A stretch of 64,000 nt of DNA, taken from assembly GCA_964016885.1 (NCBI GenBank), contig OZ024750.1, positions 18,600,001 through 18,664,000 of the forward strand, read 5' to 3'. Positions 1-13,993 of the stretch are shown piece after piece; within the stretch, counting starts at the first letter, position 1, and each line of letters opens with the position of its first letter. The DNA is from Eledone cirrhosa. Taxonomy: Eukaryota. The notes under the pieces are model-generated. The model saw only the letters and a program-made list of their open reading frames with translations. It was not told where the DNA came from and did not search any database. A program made the position numbers and the translations under genes.

Positions 1-447
1 CCTCTTTCTGTTCAAACTCTCAGTAACCAGCCCCTCATATTGATGTTAAGATATTGTTCTCAAAATAAATAATATCAATATCTCATAGATTCAATATTAT
101 GTGAGATAAAGCCTTTACCACAAAAATACAATAGGATAATATAGAGTAATATAAATGGTAAGTAGTTTCATGTTGTTTTGTTTATTAGTCGAGAGCAAAA
201 TTAGTATCAGAGTCAATAACAACCATTTATTTAGATGTAATCTTTTGTGTGTGTGAATAAATTTGAGGGTACTATTTATCCTGCTTTTGAATGGATAGTC
301 CTCTTTACACAACAACCCCACTAGTACTGCTGCCATGATAACATGATAATATATACACACACATACACATCCAACCATACATATATATGTATAAAAAGTG
401 TATAGAGATGACAGAAAAAGCAATAAAGAGGCAGTGTCCAACCATAC

Positions 448-3177
448 CTCACTTTCTTCATCAGATGTATCTTGACTATAATCAAAATCAGCAGCTCCTT
501 CATCATCTTGAGTAATAAGGTCAGGATTGAACTCAAACATTTCACGACCACTAATCTGAAAGCGAACAAAGGTAGATAAAAACAAACCTCATTAAACAAG
601 TGTATATATACATATACAGAAAAATAATTGTGTGAATGCTTATATGTGTGTATGTATGCATGTATTGATTTCTTAAAATGAGGGTGCATGTGTGTGTGTA
701 TGAAAATCTGAAAGTCCCAAATGTACAAAATAACTGTAACAACAATCAATCACTATAGATAACAGTTGAAAAAAAAATTGGGTAAATTACCCCTAGAGAT
801 TGGATAAAAGTAGACAGGAGCCCCTTTGTGCTTGGGACTCTTGCATTTGCAAATTTCAAACCATCTTCGATGATTCATAAGTAGAGGTGTAACTAGGGAA
901 AACAGCTGCTATGGCAAGCAGTGAAATTGTGCCGCTACTCAAATTACCTATGGGCCTAATAATTTATATAAATGGTTTAATAATCCAGTCATCATAGTGT
1001 TTCTCACCCATGGTAATCAAAGACAGATCATACACCTTAAGAAGTTTCTTTTTTCACTCTCCGATAATAGCTTATCTGACTTTAATAGAACGTGCTCCTA
1101 GTCCAAGTGGCACCTATCGCACATGCCATGAGTGCCAAACCCTAGTTATGCCTCTGTTCATAATATATATATATATGGAAAGAAGTGGAACCAATCACCA
1201 GATGGGACAAAGAAAATAATGTTTCCACTTGTCTTTCCATTGCTGCTACTTTCAGTCAGATGTAACATTTGGCAGAAGTATGACTGCTTTCCCAATGACA
1301 GGAGGTAGGATTTGAACTCAGAATGCTCAGAATCAGAAGAGATACCACAAAACATCCCATCTGACTCTTCAATGAGGTATAATTATGTATGTGTATATGT
1401 GTGTGTATCTACTCAACTTGTCCCACATTTATTAAAAAGCCAATCAAATGTTTTATGAACTCTTCACATATCCAAACCATTTTGATGTTTGCAACCAGAA
1501 CATATTTTAATTCTTTTGAATATTTCTGAATAATCTCTGACTGATGATAGAATTAATTATGCAAACACTGTTGTTTCCATATGATGAGAAGACCACAGAC
1601 AAAAGTAAATACTATCCTTCCACTCCCTCTAAAAATGTACATGGTATGGTATGGTCCCGTAACTCCTGATAGAGTCATAGGGGTGCCTCATTTCTTGGGC
1701 ATTTTAAGCCCGGTGGAGCCCATCCCTCTTCAAGCCTGAATACAGTAGATTTCCTCCAGAGAGTGGAAGAATCAACCCCCAGTACTAGACTGGTACTTTT
1801 GTTTTTATCGACTTTGAAAGGATGAAAAGCAAAGTTGACTTTGGCGGGATTTGAACTCAGAGAGCCGGAATCAATGCCATAAAGCATTCTATCCGACGTT
1901 CTAACGACCCTGCCAATTCACCACCCTCATGTATATATACTCTCCAAAAATATACATACTCCAACTGTACGTCCAGCTTTAAATTCCGCTTTCTTCTTTT
2001 CTGTTTCTTGGTAATAAACAGCAATTTTCTGTTTTTTCTGTTAAACAATAGAAAAAAAAATCAATTAAATTTAAAAAAAAAAAAAACTAAGGAAATGTTT
2101 TAAAAATTCAAAAATCAATTGTAAACAACTGAAAATGTTTAAAGATATCCAGAACAGTGGTACTCCAAGAACTGGTAAAAGAAAGTATCATGTTACCTTT
2201 CGTTCCTTCCATTCCAAGAAGGTTTGCAAAGTAATCTTTGTCCCTGTATGAACCAAAGCTGATCTCTGTGGAATAAAGAAAAACAAATACAGATATATCA
2301 ATACAAATTCAGAATACCATAACATGTTTTATGAAATTTAACCAAGTAAAATATAAAGATCTCTTCGGTCCTATCAAGTATAAGACAACCTCCCTAGTGC
2401 TGTTGCCATAAAATGTATCCAGTATACACTGTAAAGGGGCTGGTGTTAGGATGATAATTTAACTAGAAATCCTGACAAACAAAGGGCTGAGATAACTCCT
2501 CAGTTGTGTCAAGGACATCAACTCCTCAGTTGTGTCAACATCAACCTCTCTAGTGTTGATGCCACAATCATATGTACCCAGTACACTGGTCAGTGCTATG
2601 AAGGGCATCCAGCCATAGAAAACATGCCAAATAAGGGTAGAGAAGTAGGGAGCGTAGATACTGTCATATCAAATGCATACAAGTAAACACACACACACAC
2701 GTACACCAGAGAAGACTCTTCAGTCGCATCAAAGACATAGCAATCACTCTGGCATCATGATAAAATGTTCCCAGTACACTCTCTTAAGTGGTTGGTATTA
2801 GGAAGGGCATACAGCTATAGAAAACATGCAATAAAGGGAATTATGTAAGCAAAGCTAGACATGGCCTTTGTCTATCTAGGTAATAGCAGCTCCACTGAGT
2901 AGTGTAATGACCTGTCCAACCCATACTAGCATGGAAAAGCAGATATAAAATGATGATGATGAAGCAGTAAACAGTGATGATGATGATGATGATCATCATC
3001 ATTATTATCACTGTTTACTGCTTCAGCCATTTCATCACTTTGGCAAAGACGACCTCAATGGGACTTGAACTCAGAATACAAGAATCCAGAATAAATACAA
3101 GGCATTTCATGACACTAACATTTCCTCCATTTCTCCAACCTTGACAAAGATAACCAGGTGGTTATATATATATATAC

Positions 3178-3225
<48 letters not shown>

Positions 3226-6200
3226 CATCATCATCATCATCATCATTTCTTTTTACGTCCACTTTTCCCTGCTTGCAAGGGTGGGACGGAAACTGATGCT
3301 GGCATGATTTCTACAGCTGGATGCCCTTCCTAACACCAACCTCATTTACAGTGAGTGCTGGGTGCTTTTTTGCTGTGGCACCTCCACGACCACTTTGCAG
3401 TGGAATGATAGGGACCCCAGTCCCTTCCATCTCATTTCTACAGCTGAGTAAACTGGAGCAATGTGAAATAAAGTGTCTTGCTCAAGGAAACAACACATCA
3501 CCCGGTCTGAGAATTGAACTCACAACCTTTCGATTGCAAGGCCAATGCTCTAACCACTAACTATATATATATATATAAGGATATACGCAGACTAGAGAGG
3601 AACGAAGCTTGCATGCTCCGCTGGATGTGTAATAGTAATATACGTGAACGGCAAAGCATAAACGAACTAAGGAAAAAATTAGAAATAAGAGGGATCAGAT
3701 GTTGTTTACTCGAGAGAAGGCTACGTTGGTACGGACACGTGATGCGCATGAAAGTCGATAGCTGTATAACAAAGTGCAGGGCAATAAAGATAGACGGTAG
3801 CCACGGAATGGGCAGACCTAGAAAATCCTGGGACGAGCTGATAAACTCCGACCTCACACACTTACACCTCTCCAAGACAATGTCACTGGACCAAGACCTT
3901 TGGCGGTACTCAGTAATAGAGAAGACCCGCCTTACCTAAATACATAGTAAAACCTACTACAGCCAGTAGGCATCTCTAACAAAATACACCCCCGTCCCAC
4001 CACCCCCACCCCCTCCTATGTAAAGTTATGTTGGTGCCACACCATCCAGGCCGAAACAAATGAGGTCGTGTAGGTGTCACGACAAAAAAACACACAGTCC
4101 ACGCTGTAATGTGGCCGTGTAGGTAACACGGTAAAAACCTCCCAGCCCCACACTGTAAATGTGGTTGGTGTTAGGAAGGGCATCCAACTGTAGAAAACCT
4201 GCCAGACAGTCCTATGCGAGCAAGACAACCACTCTTGCCTCAAGTGGGAAAACTCCCGTCCAAACCCATGCAAGCGTGGAAGATGGACGTTAAACGATGA
4301 TGATGATATATACACACACACACACAGAGGTGCATAATTAAAAGTATCTACTCACCTCTTTCTCTATTAATTCTTCCAGAGAAATTTCATCTTTCTTTTC
4401 TAACATTTTTTGGTCTTTTTTCAACATAAATCCTTTTGAGGTTAAAAAAGAGAAAAACAGAATGCCTTACTGTAGAGCATGGAAAACTGGACAGAAAAAA
4501 TTTGTGAATGGATAAAGATCAAAGATAAGTGTAAGACATTACAAAAGATTAACTCTTAACATCCTGTACCACATAAAACAGCATTAGCCTGACATTCTCA
4601 GAAAGTACAAAATAGTACTTAACATGTCATTCATTTGCCATATATGCCTCAGTATTGAATGAATAGAAGTAAACATACATACACATGTACACTAGGTCCG
4701 AACACAGAGGAGCTGAACTCCCACTGTCATCACTTCCGTCTCTCTCGCCCTCCTCATCTCTCACTATTATGAGCAGATGGGGGTCCCATGCGTTGGTTGC
4801 CCCATGGCCCTGGTGGGCAGAATAGAGAAGGCGTTTCTTTGGAGGATGGTGAGAGAGATACGCTGGAAAAGCCATTCCATCTCGAGAGGCTCACACCTGC
4901 GGCTAGGCATATGACTATATGACATTAAAAACTGAAGTCTTTACTTGAGTTTACTGTAAACTTTCACAACAATCTGTCCACCAGTAAAATTACTATAAAC
5001 ATTCGATATTTCAATCATTAGAGGATGTTAAGAGTTAAGAAGAGAACATCGAAGTGGGAAAATCATGTGACATATTCAATTGATAACAGATGGACAAAAA
5101 TGTGTATAGAATGGAAACTGAAGAGGACAGGTTCAACTTATCAGAGGTAACAAGACATTTACAAACATATATATCAGATGTATCAGGACATATAAACTAC
5201 TATATATAAAGTTATCCAATGTAATAGAACATATATATATACACACACGCACGCAGTTATGAGACATAAGACACACACGCACCACAGTTATGAGACATAA
5301 GACACACATGCACATATACAATATATAGTTAACATACAGTAGGACACACACACACACACATATATATATATAGTGGTAGAACACTGGAAGGTAATATCCG
5401 TAGTGGTAGAGCACTCAGTCCATGGGACGAGTTAGGTAGAAGTGGTTACACAACAGTTAGTTCACCATACAGAGGACAATTGTTTCTCCTTAGCGGATCC
5501 TCAGCTCGTAAACTCGATTACGAGCTGAGGATCCACTAAGGTGAGACAATTGTTCTCAGTATGGTGAACTAACTGTTGTGTAACCACTTCTATATATATA
5601 TATATATATATTAAATGTATAGGAAAAACAAACACTAGGCGTGAAGTATAGAAAAGAAGTGAAGAATTTTATCAATATATATATATACATAGTTAACAGG
5701 TGTAGTAGGACATATACATACCTGCTGGTAAACAATGCCGATATATACATTTATCGTTGCCATTTGGACAATCCCAAAACCAACCATACTTGCTGTTCTC
5801 GACAGCATCTAAAAAGTATTTGCAAATCTACAAAATAATTATATATGAACATATAAACATGGGGACATATTTATGTAATAAAGTTAAGATATTTTTTTCT
5901 GTAAAGAAACAATACATTCGGAATACATCATATAAACATTTAAGGTGATGGAAGTAGAGTGGATTGGTCCATACACCTTCAAATCTTTGATTTACACATA
6001 AATGACTACAGTAACTCACTGTTTGCTTTTATGCATGAGAATTTACTAAGTTCTAACAATCAGTGATCTAGTTGATGCAATCAGCTGAACAGATATATGT
6101 ACCTTTAATGTCATTGTGTGAGAAGGATAGCCCTTTAAAACACGGGTACAAATCATATTGTCCAACGTGAAATAAAGTGTCTTGCTCAAGGATATAGTGT

Positions 6201-9200
6201 CATTGGAAATCAAACTCATGATCTTAAAATTGTGAGCCAAACAACCTAACCACTGAGCCATATACCTTCATTGGTTCTTATACATGTAAGTATGTAATCT
6301 CTTGTACATTCATTACATCTGAGTGCTCTCATATTTAGTTTTCCTCTTAACTCATTTGTGCTTGGCTATTCATGTACGTTAACATTACACGTTATGTTTA
6401 AGTCTGTACCAAGCCCAGAGGCTCATCTGATTGGAGCTCATATCAGTTTCATTTGTGTTAAACAACTGAGAGTACAACAAGACTCCACCTCGGACAAGAC
6501 ACCAGCCCATAGTACAGTTAAACCCCAGCTGCTGCTGGCATTCATTTTCAGTTGAGTTGACAAGAATAACACGAAATGAAATGTTTTGCCCAAGAATTCA
6601 GCACAACACCCTGTCGAACCCATGACTTAACAATTACAAGCCCAACACCTCAACCACTAGGCCACATGCCGTCACACACATCTAATGGAGCATGCTCAAT
6701 TCATTTCTTTCTAGCCTTTGTATATCCTCTACATTCACTGCATACATTATATTTCATACACAGGCATCATATAGTCTATTATTTGCTCAGAGAGAGAATT
6801 CCTTCATTGCCAGCAGAGGTTAATAGCTCTCTGAACTGTTTCCTCCCTGTTTTTATTTTAACTACTATGCTTTCAGACCAACCTCATCCACAGCTAATCA
6901 GGTCACCTAGGTAACAGAAACTATCAACTACTATTCTCTCTCTCTCTTCACATACACACATAACCATAGATATATGCATTTAAATGTACAATGTAGAAAA
7001 AACACAATCATCGATACATGTATATGTGTACACGTATGGTATATGTGTATTTTCAAATGTAAGACAAAAGGCTATGGAACATGTTGGTTGTAATGCACTA
7101 AGTGGCACAATAAAACTGTATTCGTAGTTCAATCAACCACAGAAACCAGGTAAAATCCAGTTTATCTAAATGACTGCTGCTACAGCTTATACCTTTATAG
7201 GTTTAGCTGGGCTAAATATGATAAATATATGACAAACAATATCAACTGTGATGAACGATAGATGATACTTACAATAGAAGTTTTTGGTTTAGCCTTATTA
7301 CTCTCCCCGTGTTTCTGATCAACAACTTCTTCCAGCTTCTGCTGGTCCCAATCATTCATTGTCTCTGCAATAAAACAGCAAAAAATCAAACATAAATTTA
7401 TGGATCTAGAGATTTCTACGTCAATTTTAAACCTCTTGATAACAAACCACCTAAAACCACTCCTGGTTCTACAATATGAAATTGTTTTTAGGTGTTTACA
7501 TAATAAAAAAAAAAAAACACTTCCATCATAATGGATTCTTTTTTAACCCTTTAGCACTTACATATATCTCTATATTTTCTATTGTATTTTAATGGTAAAG
7601 GCTTTATCTCACATAATATCAAATCTATGAAATTTTGATATCATTTATTTTGAGAAGAATACCTTAATGTCAGTATAAGTGGCCAGTTATGGCCAGTTTG
7701 AACAGAAAGAAGTGAGAGAATTCTGGTTGGATATGGCCAGTTTAAATGCTAAGGGGTTAAATTATTTGAAAATCATGGGACATGGTGGACCTAGCCACAA
7801 ATCCATGACATCCCACTTCAACTGGAAGCAGTATACACTGTCATCCTTGTGTGTAAAAATGTGATATGAACTATGTATGTGTTTGTATAAACATGTGAAT
7901 ATCCATTCTAAATAGATCCTCACAAAACCAGAGCAACAACAACGATAAACAAATATTGTGTAAACGCGGCAAACAAAACAATAACAATGTGTTCTTACCA
8001 TCTTCACGTGTATCTTCATAGATATTCTTTTTGGCTCCTTTTCTCTCGACAGCTAAATCATGGGAAAATTTACATTTATCTCCTTTTGTACAGAGGCCTT
8101 GCTTGAAAAATACACATAATACAGACTTGGGGTCAGCACCTACAAAGAAATCCAGAAAAACAGTTATGTATTACAGCAAGATTATCATCATCATTTTACA
8201 TTCATTTGGTTGAAAGGGTTGCAACAATCCATGACAGGACTGGTGAGGAAACCAGTCTTGCTCATATGTTCCAATTCAAGGTGAAATATAGAAAATAATA
8301 GAATGTCTTTTGTTAGAAATATGGTAACAAAAGAGCTAATTAAATAATATACATTTATGTCCAGTACATTGTATATTAGAAAATCTAAGATAAATTTAAA
8401 GTAGTTTTAACTACAGAATAGTATGAGAAAAATGAACAAGTGTAAACACATTTTGTTATTTACTTCATATACAGATAAACATAAGAGAATGTCTTTACAT
8501 GTTCATCAGAAGACAAATACCAATACCCAAAGAGAACTTACAGCAAACAGCTATTTATGTGAAACACTAGTATATTATGTTCTGGTTTGTGTTAGACATA
8601 TACAGTGGTCAATATAATCATTAAATGGACCCAACTAACCTTTTAGTGCAGGTTGGATTGGTTTAAAAAGAAGGTTAAGTTCATCTAATTGAGATCTCTT
8701 GTCTGTTTTCTTTTTCATTTTATCTGCCTCCAGTTCAGACAACTGTAACAAAACAGACAACATTTTAAAGATACATATGTACACACACACATATACACAG
8801 GTAGAGGACAAATATATTTGGTTAATACAATATTTTCATTGATATTTATATAGAGTTGGTAGGAAAATTGATTTGGTTTATACATACACACATATTCACA
8901 CAGAAGTAGTGGGAAAAAAGAGTTGTATATTTCCCAGTACTATGGTTGTTGGCAATGTACAATGCTTAAATTGATTAAAAGGTTTCTACCTGAAACTCTC
9001 TTTATCACATTAACACTCTCTGTCTCAACAAATTCAATAGTGAACAGGCTAACAAATAATTTATATGAAAAGACTAGTCATCACACACAATTGAGGATGA
9101 CTGTAGTATATACCATGCTTTCTCTAATAGATTTAGGTGTCTGTGTAGTTGTGAACATTAAAGGTGCATGATGTGGTGGTTAGGGTGTTGGACACATGGT

Positions 9201-12200
9201 CATAAGGTTGTGGGTTTGATTCCTGGTCTGGATGGATGGTGTGTCATTTTCTTGTGCAAGATGCGTCATTTCATATTGCTTTTCATGACAAGACCGAGGC
9301 CCTTATTATTAAAACATCCAAGTAATACAACCTTGTAGGAAGCAGGCTAAACCTACACAGCTATGAGCTGTAAATTTTGTTTCATTCATTTCATGTAGTC
9401 ACAGATTGACAGAGATACTCTCTTAACAGCAGAACATTGAGGATGTGACAGCTAATAGGAGAGAGGATTGCACTAGAACACACATACACGGTAGGGCTGG
9501 GGTCCCTATTATTAAAATGTGTAACAAACCTCCTATGAGAGGCAATCTCATAATAAGCCAGCTAAACTGGTATAGTTGTGAGCTGCAAATTTCACACACA
9601 TACACACACAAATTTCTCATTTGAAATTGTATCTTACTTTCTTGGCACTTTGGTTTCCACATTTCACTTGGTGAGTGACAGCTTTGATAAATTTCTGTTG
9701 TTTGGCTCCTTTTTTGTTCTTCAAACCAAACGTCTTATCCTGAAAAATACAAAAAAATAACATAAAAACATACAAACTCACAAATAAAATACCAAAGATA
9801 TTGGAGATGCAACACCTTGCTACAAATGGTCTTCTTTAAAAGTATGTCATAGTTAACCCTTTTTATACTACCCTGGCCACATTCAGCTCTAGTTCTATGA
9901 AACAAAACCACCCATTCTGAAGGGTTCTATTTATATTAAAACCATCCAACATAATTTTCATCGTTAATTAATTGAAAGAAAGTGTATTTCACTAGAAATA
10001 TAAACACAAAAGGGTTAAATTCAAAGTTAGTAAATGGTGATTAGGTACACAATACTCCATGAAGTTACCCTTACATGGAAAAAGAATCCCCTCCACTGTA
10101 TGTCACCAACACTTAGGAAGTTTCCTTGCTCCTGCATAGCGAAAGGAATCCTTCTTTATCATTAAAATACCCAAGAAACCCGAGATGCAGCTTCATAAAA
10201 GTCTAACTAAACTTATGCAAGTGTGAACCATAACAATAATTCTCCTCTCCATTCATTAGCACCAACACTAGAAAGGTTGCAATGCCCTAGATGACAAAAA
10301 GAGTCCTTTCCTTTCCATGTCATCTCTATTCTATCAAAGCAAAAGTGCACAAGTATAATTTGATGAGAAATGGTGGCTTAGCGATTAAAACTGGAGAATG
10401 TTATATCAGTGTGAAGGGTGAAACAGGGTGATAGGGTGGTAGGAGTCGAGAGAGAGACAGTGTTAGCTGCATGTTGGTAGGAGGTTGAGAAATAGGGGTG
10501 TGAGGGGTGGATGATAGCTAAGAGTGTCATGAGAGAGAAAATGATGGTTAACTGTGGAGGGTAATGGTATTGTACATGGGTGTGAATGATGGGTAAATAT
10601 TAAGGAAGTGTCCTAATGAAAGAGAGAGAGAGAGAATAATGGTTAGCAGTAGGTGGTGGCACCAGATATGGAGAACTATCTGGTGTCCTCTCCCCTTCAC
10701 ATGGATGTTATGATGGAAGTTCATGCAGTGGTGGTAGGTAATGGTATTGTATATGGGTGTAAGTGGTGAGTAAACACCAAGAAAGAGTCTCAATGGGGTG
10801 GAGAGAGAGAGGGAGAGAGTAATGGTTCTACTTTAGGACATCATCATCACCGTTTTAAATCTATTTTCCATGTTTGCATGGGTTAGATATGTTGTCACAT
10901 TCTCAGACTAGACAGACAAGCCAGATGACTGTGTTTTGCTCATATGTTCCATTCTGGTATATTTCTATAGCTCGATGCCCTTTCACTTTACAGAGTGTAC
11001 CAGGTGCATTTTATCATGGCACCACCACAATTACCTGACAGGATAAACTGGGTGCTTTTTTTTTATCATTGGCACCAATGCTACCGAATTTCAAGACTAG
11101 AGCACTTATGTTCTCTACCAGGGTGTGAGGACAAGGGGTGAGACCAAGGAGCTATAGGCTGTTTCATTAGAAGTCTATATTCTTCTTTAGCCTGTCTGAG
11201 ACCGGACTACATCTCTTGTGTATCAAATCTGAATGTTGCTTAGACCCAGATAAGCTCTGATGAGTAGATATTCTGGGGAGAGGAGGATCAATAAAATAAA
11301 GTACCAGTTATTTACTGAAGTCAATGTATTCAATCTCCCTCTTCCCACACATTACTGGTTGTGCCTAAATTAGAAACCAATATTTTGAAGTCCATCACCA
11401 TCTCCACCTATACAAACACTCGTGGTGTACTGATGTTAATCTGACACCACTCCACTCACCCTTTCAATACCATGTTGTTGACTCTCACACCATATTTTGA
11501 CAACTGTACCAGTTTTTTTTTGTCTTTTTCCTAACACAGCTTCATTGTCAATGGTGTGGCTGTGTGTGTGTGTGTATGTGCATGCATGGCTATATATCGG
11601 TGAGTGTATGGTAGTGTTGTTGGTGTTATTTAGACCAAGGTCAGAACTAGGATCAAAAGTATTTCAACCATCTTTTTATTCAGGCATTGTCTACCTAGAA
11701 CTACATTAACTAATTTTTTTTCTTTTGAAGGTTTGGTTGCACAAGAGATGTAGTGGGATAACAGGTAAGCTAACAGGAAAGGAAGACTTTGTTTGTAAAA
11801 GATGCACAGGGGGTAACCTAAGGGAAGAGACCTAGTTATACAAACCTATTCCAGTCACATGAAGGACCCATATAAGTGGTTAATAGCTTCTGCTATCTAG
11901 GCAACATAATTAGCAATGAGAGTATAATAGCTAGAATAAGGATAGGATGGAAAAAGTTCAGAGAGCTACTACCACTGTTGATCACAAAAGGTTTCTCCCT
12001 ATGTACAAAAGGTCAACTGTATAACACCTGTGTGTGAAGTGTGACACTGCATGGTAGTGAAACATGAGGTGTGGCTGTAGAGGATGTGTAGATTGGAGAA
12101 AAATGAAGCAACCATGTTCCACTGGATGCACAATGTAAGTGTAAGAGAAAGGCAGAGCTTGGATGAGTTGAGAGAAAAGCTGGATATAAGAGGACTTCAA

Positions 12201-13961
12201 GGTGGTGTGCAGAAGAGAAGACTGTGTTGGTATAGACATGTGATCCGCATGGACAATGATTGTTGGGTGAAGAAGTGCCTAGAAATGCTAGTGGAAGGAA
12301 GCTGCAGTAGAGGTAGACCAAGAAAGACCTGAGACTTACAGAGATGACAAAGGAACACAACAAGTGGAGGGATGCCATGCTGAGAAGGATCCATCCAACC
12401 CATGCAAGCTATGATGATGATGGTTATCTTTTTTTAATAGTCCACCAGTTTGTAAATTTGTACATAATTTACACCTTGATGTCAGCTAAAAAATATCTAA
12501 CCAATGAATGTTTCAGAAACATTATATATATATTGAAAATAATAGTAATGATTTCTACTATAGGCCAGCAATTTTTGGAGTGGGGAAAAATCGACACCAG
12601 TGAATTACTGGTGCTTTATTTTATCGACCCTGTAAGGATGAAAGGCAAATCTAACCTTGGCAGGATTTGAACTCAGAATGTATAGGGACGTAACTATATG
12701 CTGCAAGCATGGGTTGGACGAGTTGACACGGTCTACAACAAGGTAGATCAAATAAGCACATCTTGCTCATGTTCCACATTTGAGCAAAGTTTTTATATGA
12801 TGCTTACATTAGAGTTTACAAATGTAATAATGAGATTAAAGTGATTTGGGACAGGAGGGGGAATGAAGCTAATAACAAGGTTCAATTAGCTGGGATTCAG
12901 GGGCGTAACATGTCTGCTCAGTAAAACTTGACGACAGATTAAGCACAATCCAACAGCGACCATCCAGGTATTGTATTTCGAGTATCATATTAATGGATGT
13001 TCACAACTGTTGCAATTTAGTAGTAATGATTTCTAATCTAGGAACAAGGCCTGAAATTCGTGGGGAAGGGTAAGTCAATTATATCGAACCAATGCATTAC
13101 TGGTACTTTATTTTATTGGTCACGGAAGGATGAAAGGCGAAGCTGATCTCGGCAGAATTTAAATACAGAACGTCATAACTAAATGGCGTAAAGTATTCTG
13201 TCCGACGATAATAGTCGCTCTAATCGTTTATTCATTAATGCATATGAAGGGAGATTGGCTGCCATCTCTAACAAATCAAACGACCACCTAAAGACTCCAT
13301 TGTCTTGAGCCGGTCTGTGAAGTAAATTGTGCCACCTCAGAAAAATGTCCATTGTTATTTGATATTTAATTAAAATAACGAACAGGAATTGGTTGAAATA
13401 ATCTAATGAACAATTAAAGAGAGAAAGAGGGGGAGCACAGATTTACAAGACGTTAAAAACAGCTCTAATTAATATTTTAATTATTGAACCAATTAGAGGG
13501 TTTAACATAAAAAACACACCTGTTTATAGAGCATGAATTACAACATAGCACAGCTTGTGTAATAATAATAATCATAAAAATGATTTCGAAGTTTGGGGGT
13601 CAAGGAAAGGGAAAGTCGATTATCTCAATCCCAGTACTTAACTGTTACTTTATATTATCGACCTCGGAAGAATGGAAGGCAAAGCGGACATCGGCAGGAT
13701 TCGAAATGAGAACGTAAAGAACTGGAACAAATACCGCAAACATTTTGCCAGACGCTCTAACAACCCTGCCAACCCACTACTCTTAATAATAATAATTATT
13801 TCTTTATTAAACACAAAGTACACAATAATGATACCCATTTAAAAAAAAAATTCATTTTGATTAAACCAGGTATAGATTTTTAGATGTAAGAAGGTATTGG
13901 CGCTTTTGTTAATATGTTGTTAGCTGAGTAAACTGAAAATATCTCTTCCGATTCGCTGGAT

Positions 13962-13993
<32 letters not shown>

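Noticed and set aside
115-447. Read-through extension of ZC3H15 exon 10 in the ORF track
   Set aside because: A GAG|GTATGG donor at 447 is followed by microsatellite and MITE sequence, so this is intronic.
3321-3560. Recurrent 79-aa [17 protein letters not shown]... (also 24365, 35921, 43207)
   Set aside because: Antisense reading of a young SINE; the conservation reflects recent transposition, not coding.
4649-4733. Minus-strand box C (GTGATGA) and box D (CTGA) 85 nt apart, possible C/D snoRNA
   Set aside because: No terminal stem, interior includes simple repeat, no recognisable rRNA guide.
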